Shown piece by piece: positions 1-9,389 of a stretch of DNA of 59,548 nucleotides. The notes under the pieces are model-generated. The model was not told the DNA's origin and made no database searches. It saw only the letters and a program-made list of their open reading frames with translations. The stretch lies in the IMG/VR virus record IMGVR_UViG_3300022851_000011, positions 62,001 to 121,548 of that record. One strand, given 5' to 3'. Both the position numbers and the translations under genes were made by a program. Every line of letters begins with the position of its first letter. Positions within the stretch are counted from its first letter, which is position 1. The stretch is from an uncultured virus (IMG/VR IMGVR_UViG_3300022851_000011) (taxonomy: Duplodnaviria; Heunggongvirae; Uroviricota; Caudoviricetes).

Positions 1-113
1 TCGGTGTTGTCAACATTGTTTCTAACAAACCGAACAGCAGCATCGTGGTCTAGTTGAAGTCCGAAGATAGCCTCGTCGGCAGCGTCGTGTAGTTCTTTTT
101 CAAAAGCATCCAT
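1..113 (-). CDS. hypothetical protein, N-terminal part (runs off window)
   Basis: ATG at 113 with AGGAG RBS; reads MDAFEKELHDAADEAIFGLQ... Confidence 0.5.
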   Translation of the reverse strand, partial: MDAFEKELHDAADEAIFGLQLDHDAAVRFVRNNVDNT

Positions 114-186
114 ACTATTTCTCCTATAAAGGTTGGTTTAACTCAATGAACTATTATACTACATTAGGAAGGGTTAGTCAACATTA

Positions 187-576
187 TTATGATTGTCTTA
201 GTGTAAGATTTACAGCAAAAAGGTCACGTTGTTTTTTCAATCGAATGATAAAACCTTGTCTGCCGCCATCAAGCATCGGATATTGCCATTTTCTAATACC
301 AATCTTATTCTTCTTACATTTTTCAAGGAGTTCTATAAACTTGTCACCTTGTCTGCCGCCAATCCTCGCATATTGCCAGTTTTTAATACCAATCTTATTC
401 TTCTTACAGTATTCAAGGATTTCTATAAACTCGTCATAATCTGCCGTTATGATGTTAGGCTCCCAGTCATTAACTATCGTTCGCTGATCCACCCCCAACC
501 ACCAGCTGGGAACATCACGCTTGTTTTGTTTATCGGGATCATACGAAGATTCCCACGCTTTTGATTTTTTACTCAC
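187..576 (-). CDS. hypothetical protein with two internal ~30-aa repeats
   Basis: likely GTG start overlapping upstream stop; repeat FIE.LE.CKKNKIGI..WQY...GGRQG occurs twice (DNA repeat ~253-340 / ~346-431). Confidence 0.55.
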   Translation of the reverse strand: MSKKSKAWESSYDPDKQNKRDVPSWWLGVDQRTIVNDWEPNIITADYDEFIEILEYCKKNKIGIKNWQYARIGGRQGDKFIELLEKCKKNKIGIRKWQYPMLDGGRQGFIIRLKKQRDLFAVNLTLRQS

Positions 577-940
577 GGACACATTCCTCTGTTCCATTAA
601 CCAAATCATAACAAATCTTTTCAGTGACACATACGCCACCATCACAAATGCTGTAGATGCGCTTGTTGCCTGTTCGTGCTGGTGGTGGCGGTGCCTCACG
701 TACGCTGCGGTCACCATGAATATCAAGTTCAAGGCATTCATAACTGTATGCCGTTTCGCAACGTTTACGGAATTGCCACATCTGAAAGTCCCTACCCTTT
801 TGACCAGTCTTGCCAGCCCACGATTTTGGTTGGTTTTCTTCCCACTGAAGTTGTCGCTCGTAACTTGATAACTCACGCACACAACCCGTTAAAACGATTG
901 CAGCCATTGTAATGGTTACAACAATAGTTTTCATTTCCAA
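569..940 (-). CDS. putative lipoprotein
   Basis: hydrophobic signal ending in lipobox LTGC; Cys-rich C-terminus. Confidence 0.55.
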   Translation of the reverse strand: MEMKTIVVTITMAAIVLTGCVRELSSYERQLQWEENQPKSWAGKTGQKGRDFQMWQFRKRCETAYSYECLELDIHGDRSVREAPPPPARTGNKRIYSICDGGVCVTEKICYDLVNGTEECVRE

Positions 941-1284
941 TACTCCACTTTTTTATAGTCAGCCGATAGGTCAAAGAACATTCGGGATTTTTCGTCATCT
1001 ATTACGAAATCAATATCATCGATTTGAACATCAGCACATTCTGTTAGATATGCAACCAGTATTTTTTCAAACCCGTCCATATTAGAAATCGTTACACGAC
1101 GATTATATACTTCGGCTTTGTCAACCCCAAACATTTCTATGTCTGCGGTCGATGCGTAGCGAAAAATGAACTCCAAATCTTCACGAACGTGCTGTATTCT
1201 TTCTTCACGATCCGATGCGACATACTCATAGTAATCCAACCGGAATATATTTGAGTCTGATAAATATCGTAGTTCGCCGTTCAT
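931..1284 (-). CDS. hypothetical protein
   Basis: ORF coupled to neighbours. Confidence 0.6.
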   Translation of the reverse strand: MNGELRYLSDSNIFRLDYYEYVASDREERIQHVREDLEFIFRYASTADIEMFGVDKAEVYNRRVTISNMDGFEKILVAYLTECADVQIDDIDFVIDDEKSRMFFDLSADYKKVEYWK

Positions 1285-2033
1285 ATCTCTACTGTCAAAT
1301 CCTCGTCAAAGTTAGGATTAAGTTCGCTCCCTTTGTAACCTCTCGGATTACATACCACACGTGTGTCGCCGACCATATAATCAAATGAATCGTGAACGTG
1401 ACCGTGGCAGAATAATGCCGGTTTCGTGTCCAATATAAGGTCAGACAAATCACTGGCATAACATCCAGACAACTTATCGCCTCGGAATCTTGCGTGAATA
1501 CTCTTATACGTTGGTGCGTGATGCGTTACAACCACGTCGCCTTCCTTAACGTTATCAGCAAGGAACATCTTTGACACGTTATGTCTGGTGTGAATACCCT
1601 GTGGTTTAATAATCGAATACTTCTCGTCACGGATTTGCCTGTAATCATTCATCGACGATTGTGCAGCGTGATACGTAAGTGGATCGCCTTTATTAAAATC
1701 AGACCACAATGTGCAGCCGTGGAAATTTACACCATCCAGCATCACTGAACTATCATCAAGGACATGCACATTACTTGGTAGACTTTCGACAGTATGACGT
1801 TTCACGCTATCAAAGTTACTCTTATAAAACTCATGATTGCCGTATACATAGACAACGTGCGGAAAATGTTTAGACATTTCCACAATCCATTGCACACGGC
1901 TTTTAGTAGTGATATCCCCCGCCAGAACAAGCACATCTGCCCCATTCCAGTTTGGGTTGTAAAGTGCGTCACAAAACTCCATTGGAGTATTGTCAAATTC
2001 GAGATGAACGTCACTGAGTAAGCGTATTTTCAT
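1281..2033 (-). CDS. calcineurin-like metallophosphoesterase
   Basis: SDVHLE, AGD, GNHE, THH, GHVH motifs. Confidence 0.9.
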   Translation of the reverse strand: MKIRLLSDVHLEFDNTPMEFCDALYNPNWNGADVLVLAGDITTKSRVQWIVEMSKHFPHVVYVYGNHEFYKSNFDSVKRHTVESLPSNVHVLDDSSVMLDGVNFHGCTLWSDFNKGDPLTYHAAQSSMNDYRQIRDEKYSIIKPQGIHTRHNVSKMFLADNVKEGDVVVTHHAPTYKSIHARFRGDKLSGCYASDLSDLILDTKPALFCHGHVHDSFDYMVGDTRVVCNPRGYKGSELNPNFDEDLTVEI

Positions 2034-2257
2034 TACATCGCTTCTGCGTTAAGGTCGTAGAACTCGGTGTCGCCGTAGTTTGAAATCACTGGAACATTGC
2101 GACCGTTGACAGTTGCTTCGGCGATAAGTGCACCGTCTTCATTGGTCACAACATTGCGAACAACTCGGGACAACTCAGCGAAACCTTCGCTGGTGTTCAA
2201 TGCATTGTCAAAGAACTTTGCGTTCTGTGCGGCGGTGATAAAAACGGTAACTTTCAT
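2033..2257 (-). CDS. hypothetical protein
   Basis: GGGAGA RBS, downstream of sigma70-like promoter. Confidence 0.6.
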   Translation of the reverse strand: MKVTVFITAAQNAKFFDNALNTSEGFAELSRVVRNVVTNEDGALIAEATVNGRNVPVISNYGDTEFYDLNAEAM

Positions 2258-2285
2258 TTGGGTTCTCCCTATTGATTACTTATAC

Positions 2286-2313
2286 ATAATAGCAGAATCG
2301 GTATGAATGTCAA
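2286..2313 (-). promoter_or_regulatory. sigma70-type early promoter
   Basis: TTGACA-N16-TATTAT on minus strand. Confidence 0.6.
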
Positions 2314-2445
2314 GAAGTTTTTTTGTGCCATACACAACTAACTCTTATGTCTCCCTTATCAAGTTTAATGGCAAATATTGTATCTGGATTAAATGCTGTC
2401 GTATTGAAAATCAATAGTCCTGCTACACAAGCTATTCCTAGCATA

Positions 2446-2766
2446 TTACACAGTCCTCACTTCTACTGTAATGGATTGGACTTCAACCACTTTCCATTCC
2501 TGTTCCCGATCTTTCCAATTTTTAACGCAATCGGCGTTGGATTGGTCGCCGTCACGAACATATAGCTCATACAACTTCTTTCCACTCGCCACATTTTTAT
2601 CGGCACGATCTTGGTGATATTTTCTAGCCTTTTCAGCACCTTTTTCATTTTCGTATCTTTTTGCTAATTCAATATTTTTTGGATCAGCCGTATTAGCGTT
2701 ACTTGTAATCAAGTATTTCCCGCTCATTATATCTTTAATTACAAACATTCTAAATCTCCATTTCAT
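2446..2766 (-). CDS. hypothetical protein
   Basis: ORF track. Confidence 0.55.
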   Translation of the reverse strand: MKWRFRMFVIKDIMSGKYLITSNANTADPKNIELAKRYENEKGAEKARKYHQDRADKNVASGKKLYELYVRDGDQSNADCVKNWKDREQEWKVVEVQSITVEVRTV

Positions 2767-2791
2767 TTATTATTATGGAGTATACGCAAAA

Positions 2792-2817
2792 AAATAGGGA
2801 CTGTCAAGCCCCTATTT
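2792..2817 (-). terminator. intrinsic terminator after pstS
   Basis: hairpin AAATAGGG...CCCTATTT followed by T-run on minus strand. Confidence 0.6.
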
Positions 2818-2834
2818 CCTTATATCGTATATGA

Positions 2835-3839
2835 TTATTTAACTTTTCGTTTTCGAACAGTTCCTTCTGGTGCCGGGATAAGACCCTTATCAGAAAGATA
2901 TCCGTATTCACCCGTTGCCTTTTCACTGATAAACTCACTAACATATTCTTCAATACCAGCTATACTGCCAACGTGCTGTTCTTTCACATAAAAGAACAAT
3001 GACCTAGACACTGGATAAGAACCATCAGAGATGTTTTCAAATGTTGGCAACACACCATTGATGTGTGAACCTTGAACCTTATCACTGTTATTCTCTAGAA
3101 AGCTAAATCCAAAGATACCAACAGCATTCTTATTAGCCGATAGCTTTTGAACAATCAAGTTGTCGTTCTCGCCAGCTTCTACATAAGCACCATCTTCACG
3201 TAGACCATGTGCTACTGCTTTGAACTTTTTCTTATCTGTCTTGCGAAGTTCTTTCAATGAAGGGAATGTCTTTGCGCCTTTTTCCATAACCAATTCAAGG
3301 AACGCATCTCGTGTACCTGACGTTGGTGGCGGTCCTAATATTTCAATCTTAATTTCTGGTAAGTTAATACCAATGTCATTCCATGTTTCATTTGGATTAG
3401 CGATTAACTCGCCATTTGCATCAGGAATAAACTTAGCTAAAGCCAAGAATAAATCACGAACGGTTAAGTCAAGATGTGTTGCTCCCTTTGCGTTAGCGAT
3501 AGCAATACCATCAAAGCCAACTAAAACCTCGGTTACATCAGTCACGCCGTTCTTTGCGCATAGTTTGATTTCAGAAGGTTTGATTTGTCTTGATGCGTTC
3601 GTAATGTCTGGGAATTGTGTTCCAACACCACTGCAAAATAGTTTCAAGCCGCCGCCTGATCCCGTAGATTCGACGACTGGTGTTTTGAAGGAGGTTGTAT
3701 TGCCGAATGATTCAGCAACGGTAGTTGAAAATGGGTAAACGGTAGAACTGCCTACGATGCGAATTTGGTCACGTGCTTCAGCAGTTGTTGCCACAAGCAA
3801 AAATGCCGTTGCGGCGACGGCTAGTAGATTTAGTTTCAT
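2835..3839 (-). CDS. pstS: phosphate ABC transporter substrate-binding protein
   Basis: signal peptide; IRIVGSSTVYPF, ESTGSGGG, GPPPTSGTRDAF, YPVSRSLFFYVK motifs. Confidence 0.93.
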   Translation of the reverse strand: MKLNLLAVAATAFLLVATTAEARDQIRIVGSSTVYPFSTTVAESFGNTTSFKTPVVESTGSGGGLKLFCSGVGTQFPDITNASRQIKPSEIKLCAKNGVTDVTEVLVGFDGIAIANAKGATHLDLTVRDLFLALAKFIPDANGELIANPNETWNDIGINLPEIKIEILGPPPTSGTRDAFLELVMEKGAKTFPSLKELRKTDKKKFKAVAHGLREDGAYVEAGENDNLIVQKLSANKNAVGIFGFSFLENNSDKVQGSHINGVLPTFENISDGSYPVSRSLFFYVKEQHVGSIAGIEEYVSEFISEKATGEYGYLSDKGLIPAPEGTVRKRKVK

Positions 3840-3898
3840 TTGTTGATTTCCTTTAAATGATTATTCCTTATTATATCACAAATATTTATATACTTGCA

Positions 3899-3932
3899 AT
3901 TTAAGGTTTTGTTACACATTTGTTAAGGTTTT
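3899..3932 (-). promoter_or_regulatory. possible Pho box upstream of pstS
   Basis: imperfect 11-bp periodic repeats CTTAACAAATG/TGTAACAAAAC resembling PhoB boxes. Confidence 0.35.
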
Positions 3933-3933
3933 A

Positions 3934-4170
3934 TTATGTCGATACCCCATCCCATTTCCAAAACGGGAAAGAGTTATTCGAGGCGGGTCTACCTAAAGAA
4001 CACCCCTCATCTTCGGTGCGAGTAGGATGAAAGCAGGGTCCATCTGGTTCAGAATACATATGATCTTTGTTATAGGTAGGATCGCCGTCATATATGCAGG
4101 TACTACAGTTCTTATTTTGTGGCATATGCAATGCTTCCCAAAACTTTTCTTTCTTAGTCTTGTTTTTCAA
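3934..4170 (-). CDS. KExFW/WEWDG small Cys-rich family member
   Basis: KEKFWEAL..P..NCSTC...WKWDG; TTG start assumed. Confidence 0.7.
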   Translation of the reverse strand: MKNKTKKEKFWEALHMPQNKNCSTCIYDGDPTYNKDHMYSEPDGPCFHPTRTEDEGCSLGRPASNNSFPFWKWDGVST

Positions 4171-4372
4171 TGGTAAAATCCTCCATAACTGGATTGACAA
4201 TGTGTTTAACAATCTCGTTAATATCATCATCTGTTTCAATGTAAAATACCTTACCGATGCGGGTGCTTTTTAGCATATCGAATCCCATACCGTGTAGGGC
4301 ATTGGTTACAGCCACGCCAGCATTGTCACGAATACCGTCACGTAATGTTGTCGTTATTTTATATCTCATCAA
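4154..4372 (-). CDS. purS: phosphoribosylformylglycinamidine synthase subunit PurS
   Basis: LRDGIRDNAG.AV..AL..MGF, RIGK, VNPVMEDF. Confidence 0.8.
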   Translation of the reverse strand: MMRYKITTTLRDGIRDNAGVAVTNALHGMGFDMLKSTRIGKVFYIETDDDINEIVKHIVNPVMEDFTIEKQD

Positions 4373-4427
4373 ATTCCCCTTTTAATGTTGCCCAAAAGAA
4401 CTTGTCACCTTCTATTTTTTTCATGTT

Positions 4428-4556
4428 CATTCCCTTATTCCATCCCATTCCCACATACATGGTTCGCATGTTGTAGTTATGCGTTGACCCATCTGTTTTT
4501 TACAATAAATCTGTGCGTTTGCATAAATCCTGCCAAAACTTTTCTTTATCGTCCAT
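4428..4556 (-). pseudogene. frameshifted KExFW/WEWDG family copy
   Basis: MDDKEKFWQDL...stop, with CEPCMWEWDGIRE in another frame. Confidence 0.6.
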
Positions 4557-4737
4557 AACAATGTTCGCCATTCCACTCCCAATACTCGTCACGCCCCCCA
4601 CTACATATTGTCATGCCCACTGGATTCATACAATCGCTTAGTAAACCCGATGAAGCGAAATGAATACAGTTGCGGCAACCTCGTCTATTCAACGGCGGCT
4701 TTGATAAATCCTGCCAAAACTTTTCCCTGTCGTTCAT
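4546..4737 (-). CDS. KExFW/WEWDG family member
   Basis: MNDREKFWQDL..PP...CRNC...YWEWNG. Confidence 0.75.
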   Translation of the reverse strand: MNDREKFWQDLSKPPLNRRGCRNCIHFASSGLLSDCMNPVGMTICSGGRDEYWEWNGEHCYGR

Positions 4738-5015
4738 TTCCCGTGGTATTGCCACATTACTGCATTGCATCTGGCATGAACCGCACCTTCGGTCATACCA
4801 GTATCATGATCATGCTGTAAGTGAACAGGATGCTTAAAGAAGTTCGGCGGGAATAACCGACGATTAACATCTGTATCCATAATCTCAGTGGTAGGATTAT
4901 CGGTAAGTGCGTTCTCACACCACCAACATTTTCCGTCTTGAATGCGAATGTATTCTTCACGGACTTCACGACGCTCGCGTGCACCGATTCTCGTATAGTT
5001 TATAGGTAGTTTCAT
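4734..5015 (-). CDS. HNH/endonuclease VII-like protein
   Basis: QDGKCWWC, HLQHDH.TG, VHARCN. Confidence 0.65.
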   Translation of the reverse strand: MKLPINYTRIGARERREVREEYIRIQDGKCWWCENALTDNPTTEIMDTDVNRRLFPPNFFKHPVHLQHDHDTGMTEGAVHARCNAVMWQYHGK

Positions 5016-5033
5016 TTAGTATTCTCCATAAAA

Positions 5034-5070
5034 AAAGCCCATACCAGTTTATATACTAGTATAGGGCTTT
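5034..5070 (-). terminator. intrinsic terminator
   Basis: AAAAGCCC...GGGCTTTT hairpin with T-run. Confidence 0.55.
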
Positions 5071-5090
5071 TGATGTGGTGTTGTCAAGAC

Positions 5091-5264
5091 TTATTTGCTT
5101 TGTGCAGATACCTTCTTGAATGCAATAAGACCTTCTTTTGCAGCTTTGCGCTGTGCTTCAAGACCTTGTTCAATCGCACTGAAATAGTTGCTCTGCATCT
5201 TTTCCATTGCTGTTACGAAACCTTCGGGTGTGAAAGCTTTTTGCATATCTTCTAATTTAAACAT
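5091..5264 (-). CDS. small helical protein (possibly phasin-like)
   Basis: 57-aa ORF MFKLEDMQKAFTPEGF... with AGGAGAG RBS; not in ORF track. Confidence 0.55.
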   Translation of the reverse strand: MFKLEDMQKAFTPEGFVTAMEKMQSNYFSAIEQGLEAQRKAAKEGLIAFKKVSAQSK

Positions 5265-5394
5265 TCTTAATTCTCTCCTGTTTGAGTTGTTCTAGTCGTT
5301 CTCTTGTAATACCCGCACGTGACAATGCTGTACGTGTACGGGCTTGAATGAATTCCTCACTAATGAAGTATCCACCAATTCTTTTAAATATATT

Positions 5395-5548
5395 CATAGT
5401 CTCTTGCCTCTTTTCCAAGCATTCTCACGATGCTCAAGATCATAAATGTCCTTGGCTCCTTTAAAGCGTTAGAGTAAGTCAAGATATAACTCGTATCTGT
5501 CATTTCTTTGCGCTTAAATAGCGAAATGATTCCATTAAATAAATTCAT
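5395..5548 (-). pseudogene. DUF3563-like small gene interrupted by an 18-nt insertion
   Basis: reads ...ELYLD[LL*RFK]GAKDIYDLEHRENAW; the insert matches the inverted leader of the neighbouring GIY-YIG gene. Confidence 0.45.
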
Positions 5549-5890
5549 AGTTATATCCCCTACCAGAAAAAACGCATACCATACAGATATGCCGGTGATG
5601 GCTTCTGGTGGTGCTTGTATTCTTCACGAAATTCTGTGCGAAGATACGTATCGTAATCCCGCTGTTGCGGATGCTTCTTCTTTAAACCAAACATTTTGTC
5701 TCTCCTACGTGTTGTTAAAGTGTTAATGTGTTTTCATTGTTCTTATTATAACATTATTTAGTAGGTAAGTCTATCAAATCACCATGTTGATGTTGCTATG
5801 CAGCATTGCGGCGGGAACATAGCTAAATAAAGATGTAAGTCACGATACTGAAATATCCACTTACTCTAACGCTTTAAAGGAGCATCAGCA

Positions 5891-6346
5891 ATGTCAAATA
5901 TTTATACTATATATAAAATCACCAATCAAATCAACAACAAATCTTATATAGGATTTACATCATATTCACCGCAGCATAGATGGTCATCACACAAAGTAGC
6001 CGCAAATCGTGGGGGGAAATCACTGTTCCAAGCAGCTATTGTGAAGCATGGTCCTGAAAACTTCATTGTTGAAACCATCTACCAAAGCCTCGACGAAGAT
6101 CATACTTTGAACACAATGGAACCTCACTTCATCAATGAATACAATACATTCCATGGTGATGGATATAACAGCACGGCGGGTGGCGGAAGTAAACGAAAGG
6201 GGAAAAAAGCTGACCCTGAATTTGTAAAATTACAGCAGCAACTAGGAAAACTAATATTTGCACATATGATACATAATGGTGCTATGCCTCATCCTGATGC
6301 GGAGTTATTAAACTTTTTACGAACCTACATATATATAGGCAAGTAG
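5891..6346 (+). CDS. GIY-YIG homing endonuclease-like protein
   Basis: TIYKITNQINNKSYIGFT, R..H, GYNST.GG; TAAATA motif and RBS-containing hairpin upstream. Confidence 0.85.
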   Translation: MSNIYTIYKITNQINNKSYIGFTSYSPQHRWSSHKVAANRGGKSLFQAAIVKHGPENFIVETIYQSLDEDHTLNTMEPHFINEYNTFHGDGYNSTAGGGSKRKGKKADPEFVKLQQQLGKLIFAHMIHNGAMPHPDAELLNFLRTYIYIGK

Positions 6347-6445
6347 AACAAAACGGTAGTAACCATAATTTATGAGCGTAACCGGATTGCTACATCTTAT
6401 TGTATCACTTTTCCTCACAGGGGTCAAAACTTTTATAAATACGGT

Positions 6446-7405
6446 ATGATAAAATCGTTTTTCTGCTCACCGCAATGGCGTCTATGGGCTTGGGGTGGTT
6501 TATTACTACTCTTCGTCTCATTATCTTTCCAAGTGTATCTTACAGTTCAAATAAATGAATGGTATGGTTCATTCTATAATATTTTACAAAAGGCAACTGA
6601 GCATGATATTCAAGAGTTTTGGGATAGCCTGATGACATTCTTTTATCTTGCGATGCCATATGTCGCTGTCGTTACGGTGACAAACTGGTTCACCAGAATG
6701 TATGCTATGCGATGGCGTGAGGCAATAACATTCAGTTACATCCCACGATGGCGGCTGGTTATGAGGGAGATAGAAGGTGCCAGTCAGCGTATTCAAGAAG
6801 ATACGTATCGCTTCGCCCGGATCGTTGAAACGCTCGGGCTACAAGTTGTTCGGGCATTTATGATGGTCATTGCTTTTATTCCAATCCTTTGGACACTTTC
6901 CGGAGGGGTGAGTATTGAGCCATTTGCCAGTATTCCCGGTAGTCTTGTATGGCTTGCCATTGCTGTTAGTTTTGGTGGCATTATTGTTTCATGGTTTGTT
7001 GGATGGTTCCTTCCCGGTCTTGAATACAATAACCAAAGGGTAGAAGCACGGTTCCGTAAAGAGTTGGTGTATGCAGAGGATGACAAACTACGATACGGCT
7101 ACGAAGAAACATTGATTGATCTATTCAGTGGCATTAAGGTAAACTATCAAAGACTATTTAATCATTATGGTTACTTTGATCTATGGACAAATATACTAGG
7201 GCAGTTTATGGTCATTGCACCTTACCTCGTTATGGGGCCTAGCCTGTTCACCGGTGCCATCTTATTGGGAACGCTGGTTCAAGTGTCCAATGCATTTCAG
7301 AAGGTGTATCAGGCGTTTAGTTTGCCCATAGAAAACTGGACACAGATAACAGAACTACGAAGTATATGGAAACGACTAAAAGAGTTTGAAGAAAACATTT
7401 CTTAA
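6446..7405 (+). CDS. sbmA: SbmA/BacA-like peptide transporter
   Basis: V.INEWYGSFYNILQ, RWREA, IEGASQRIQEDT, NNQRVEA.FRKELVYAED, ELRSIWKRL.EFE. Confidence 0.9.
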   Translation: MIKSFFCSPQWRLWAWGGLLLLFVSLSFQVYLTVQINEWYGSFYNILQKATEHDIQEFWDSLMTFFYLAMPYVAVVTVTNWFTRMYAMRWREAITFSYIPRWRLVMREIEGASQRIQEDTYRFARIVETLGLQVVRAFMMVIAFIPILWTLSGGVSIEPFASIPGSLVWLAIAVSFGGIIVSWFVGWFLPGLEYNNQRVEARFRKELVYAEDDKLRYGYEETLIDLFSGIKVNYQRLFNHYGYFDLWTNILGQFMVIAPYLVMGPSLFTGAILLGTLVQVSNAFQKVYQAFSLPIENWTQITELRSIWKRLKEFEENIS

Positions 7406-7408
7406 CGA

Positions 7409-7621
7409 TTATTCATTATAGGTTTTGCCATCCCATTCCCATTGGTTATAAGAGGTGGTAGAGGGATGCTTGTAGGATGTGCATCTGGACAGTAGGCTTG
7501 TCCCGGCAATGTCGGGATGGGAGCATCCAATCCCACTCTCATATTTACATGTATTGCATCCATATTCATTAAATACAGGCTCAGTCAATGTATTCCAGAA
7601 CTCTTCTTTTTCTTTATTCAT
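7409..7621 (-). CDS. KExFW/WEWDG family member
   Basis: MNKEKEEFWNTLTEP...CNTC...QWEWDG. Confidence 0.78.
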   Translation of the reverse strand: MNKEKEEFWNTLTEPVFNEYGCNTCKYESGIGCSHPDIAGTSLLSRCTSYKHPSTTSYNQWEWDGKTYNE

Positions 7622-7841
7622 ACTCATAATCGTGATAGGTTTCACCATCCCACGCCCATAGATTATTGTTAGTCATGGATGGATGAATCCATGAATTGCA
7701 AACATCATACCGTATATTATCGGGGTGCCGACACTCCCCCTTCTTCGTGACATTTTCTTTATATTTGCAGGTTCCACATCCATAAGCCTTAAATACAGGA
7801 TCGGTCAATGTATTCCAGAACTCTTCTTTTTCGCTATTCAT
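7614..7841 (-). CDS. KExFW/WEWDG family member (tandem paralog)
   Basis: MNSEKEEFWNTLTDP...CGTC...LWAWDG. Confidence 0.78.
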   Translation of the reverse strand: MNSEKEEFWNTLTDPVFKAYGCGTCKYKENVTKKGECRHPDNIRYDVCNSWIHPSMTNNNLWAWDGETYHDYEYE

Positions 7842-7842
7842 A

Positions 7843-8133
7843 TTAATACTCATCATCAGGCATAGTTTTACCATCCCATTCCCATGCATTGTCTTTATGC
7901 ATTAGATCGTTCGGGGGCGTGGTTTGGCACACCATACAGGGTTTGTAATCGTACGTCTGGTCATGGTCCGCCCCCCATCCTTTAGGATTACCATGCTCGG
8001 CGTATTTACAAGAGGCGCAAGTGTGCCTGTGAAATATAGGTTGACTCAATGCTTGCCAGAATTCTTCTTTATTCATTCGTTTGGCTTTTACAGTGGGTTC
8101 TGAGAGGGCCTTGAAAAATTGTTGTTTGTTCAT
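7843..8133 (-). CDS. KExFW/WEWDG family member with duplicated N-terminal motif
   Basis: MNKQQFFKALSEP...MNKEEFWQALSQP...CASC...AWEWDG. Confidence 0.78.
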   Translation of the reverse strand: MNKQQFFKALSEPTVKAKRMNKEEFWQALSQPIFHRHTCASCKYAEHGNPKGWGADHDQTYDYKPCMVCQTTPPNDLMHKDNAWEWDGKTMPDDEY

Positions 8134-8384
8134 TAGCCGATCAGTGCGGAAATGAAGTTGAAGACGACATAGGATATAAACACCATGCCAGTGACTACCA
8201 TTAGCGGCGCGAGGGTCATCGCCATCGCCATAATCTTATCAATATTGCTGCCATTTTCCCCATTCATCAAAACACGAATCATGCTGGTCACAATCATTAA
8301 CAATAATGCTAGAGTTATAGGGGTGGTAATCATTTGTATCTCCTTATCTTTACAGAGTATACGTAGAAATCTATCGGTTGTCAA
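8133..8384 (-). CDS. small membrane protein
   Basis: two hydrophobic segments. Confidence 0.55.
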   Translation of the reverse strand: MTTDRFLRILCKDKEIQMITTPITLALLLMIVTSMIRVLMNGENGSNIDKIMAMAMTLAPLMVVTGMVFISYVVFNFISALIG

Positions 8385-8652
8385 CCCATTTTAATGAGAA
8401 GTACATAATATCTTTAGGGCTTTTGAAATCAATAACCCATTCGGGTAGGCATCCTACTGTGTGGGTTTTTACGAAATCTGCTTCTTGTTGTTTGAGATAA
8501 ACTTCGATATCGGATTCGGTTTTAATCATTTCGGGGGTAAGATTGGTGTGGTCAACGTATGAACGACCATAATAATAGTGGGTTCCGGCATCTAGCCAGC
8601 ACTTGAACTTTTGTGCGTGATTTTTGACTTGACTTATGCGTACCTTCATCAA
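8371..8652 (-). CDS. hypothetical phage protein
   Basis: C-terminal F...D..YFSLKW motif common in small phage proteins. Confidence 0.6.
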   Translation of the reverse strand: MMKVRISQVKNHAQKFKCWLDAGTHYYYGRSYVDHTNLTPEMIKTESDIEVYLKQQEADFVKTHTVGCLPEWVIDFKSPKDIMYFSLKWVDNR

Positions 8653-8667
8653 TATATATTTATCCTA

Positions 8668-9357
8668 TTAAAACTCCGCCGTAACAATATGTTGAAATGT
8701 TTTACTATATACACCCTTATATAAGGGTTCTTTATGGACATTATATTTTTTTACACCGTTGTCAAATAAGAACTTGGCAAGCTGTTTGAAATACATCGTT
8801 CGTCTATTATATGGTCCATGCATTGTGGTTACATGATTTTCGTCAGTAATGTAAGTGTAATGTGTCCACGCCTGTCGATCATTATTATCCCATTTGCGAT
8901 GATGCAATACCACTCGTTCGTCATTACCAGTTTTGATATAAAATGGTTCTTCAAAAATCCTATTAGTGGTATTTTTATAATCCATCACTGTGGTCACAAA
9001 ATATTTTTTAGTGTAGCTGGCAAATAGTTTAACCTTGGCTTGTTGTTTATCGTTACTATCGCAATACGTGGTGGCTTGATCCATAGCCAATACCAAATCG
9101 TATTTCTGGGTAGGTTCTGTAATATACACAATATTTTTATGTAGAAATAATCGGTCATCAATTATATATACCTTATACCCAAGGTCAGCAAGACCATAGG
9201 CAACAAGGCTATTGCCAACACTCAGCACGGTAGTAAAATCCTGTTTGATAACGGACAATACCATATGCGTTTTGATAGCAGCAAGTTCACTTAACTTTGC
9301 AACATCAGTAATAGATGTAAAGTCTACAGCAATTGCCGTAAATTCGGTAGTGTTCAT
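8668..9357 (-). CDS. SAM-dependent methyltransferase-like protein
   Basis: TVLSVG motif-I-like segment, KYDLVLAMDQ. Confidence 0.55.
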   Translation of the reverse strand: MNTTEFTAIAVDFTSITDVAKLSELAAIKTHMVLSVIKQDFTTVLSVGNSLVAYGLADLGYKVYIIDDRLFLHKNIVYITEPTQKYDLVLAMDQATTYCDSNDKQQAKVKLFASYTKKYFVTTVMDYKNTTNRIFEEPFYIKTGNDERVVLHHRKWDNNDRQAWTHYTYITDENHVTTMHGPYNRRTMYFKQLAKFLFDNGVKKYNVHKEPLYKGVYSKTFQHIVTAEF

Positions 9358-9389
9358 TATTATTATTATTCCTTATACCGCTACTGTAT

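Noticed and set aside
577..882. N-terminal extension of ORF 187..882
   Set aside because: Overlaps the lipoprotein gene in another frame; true start is likely near 576.
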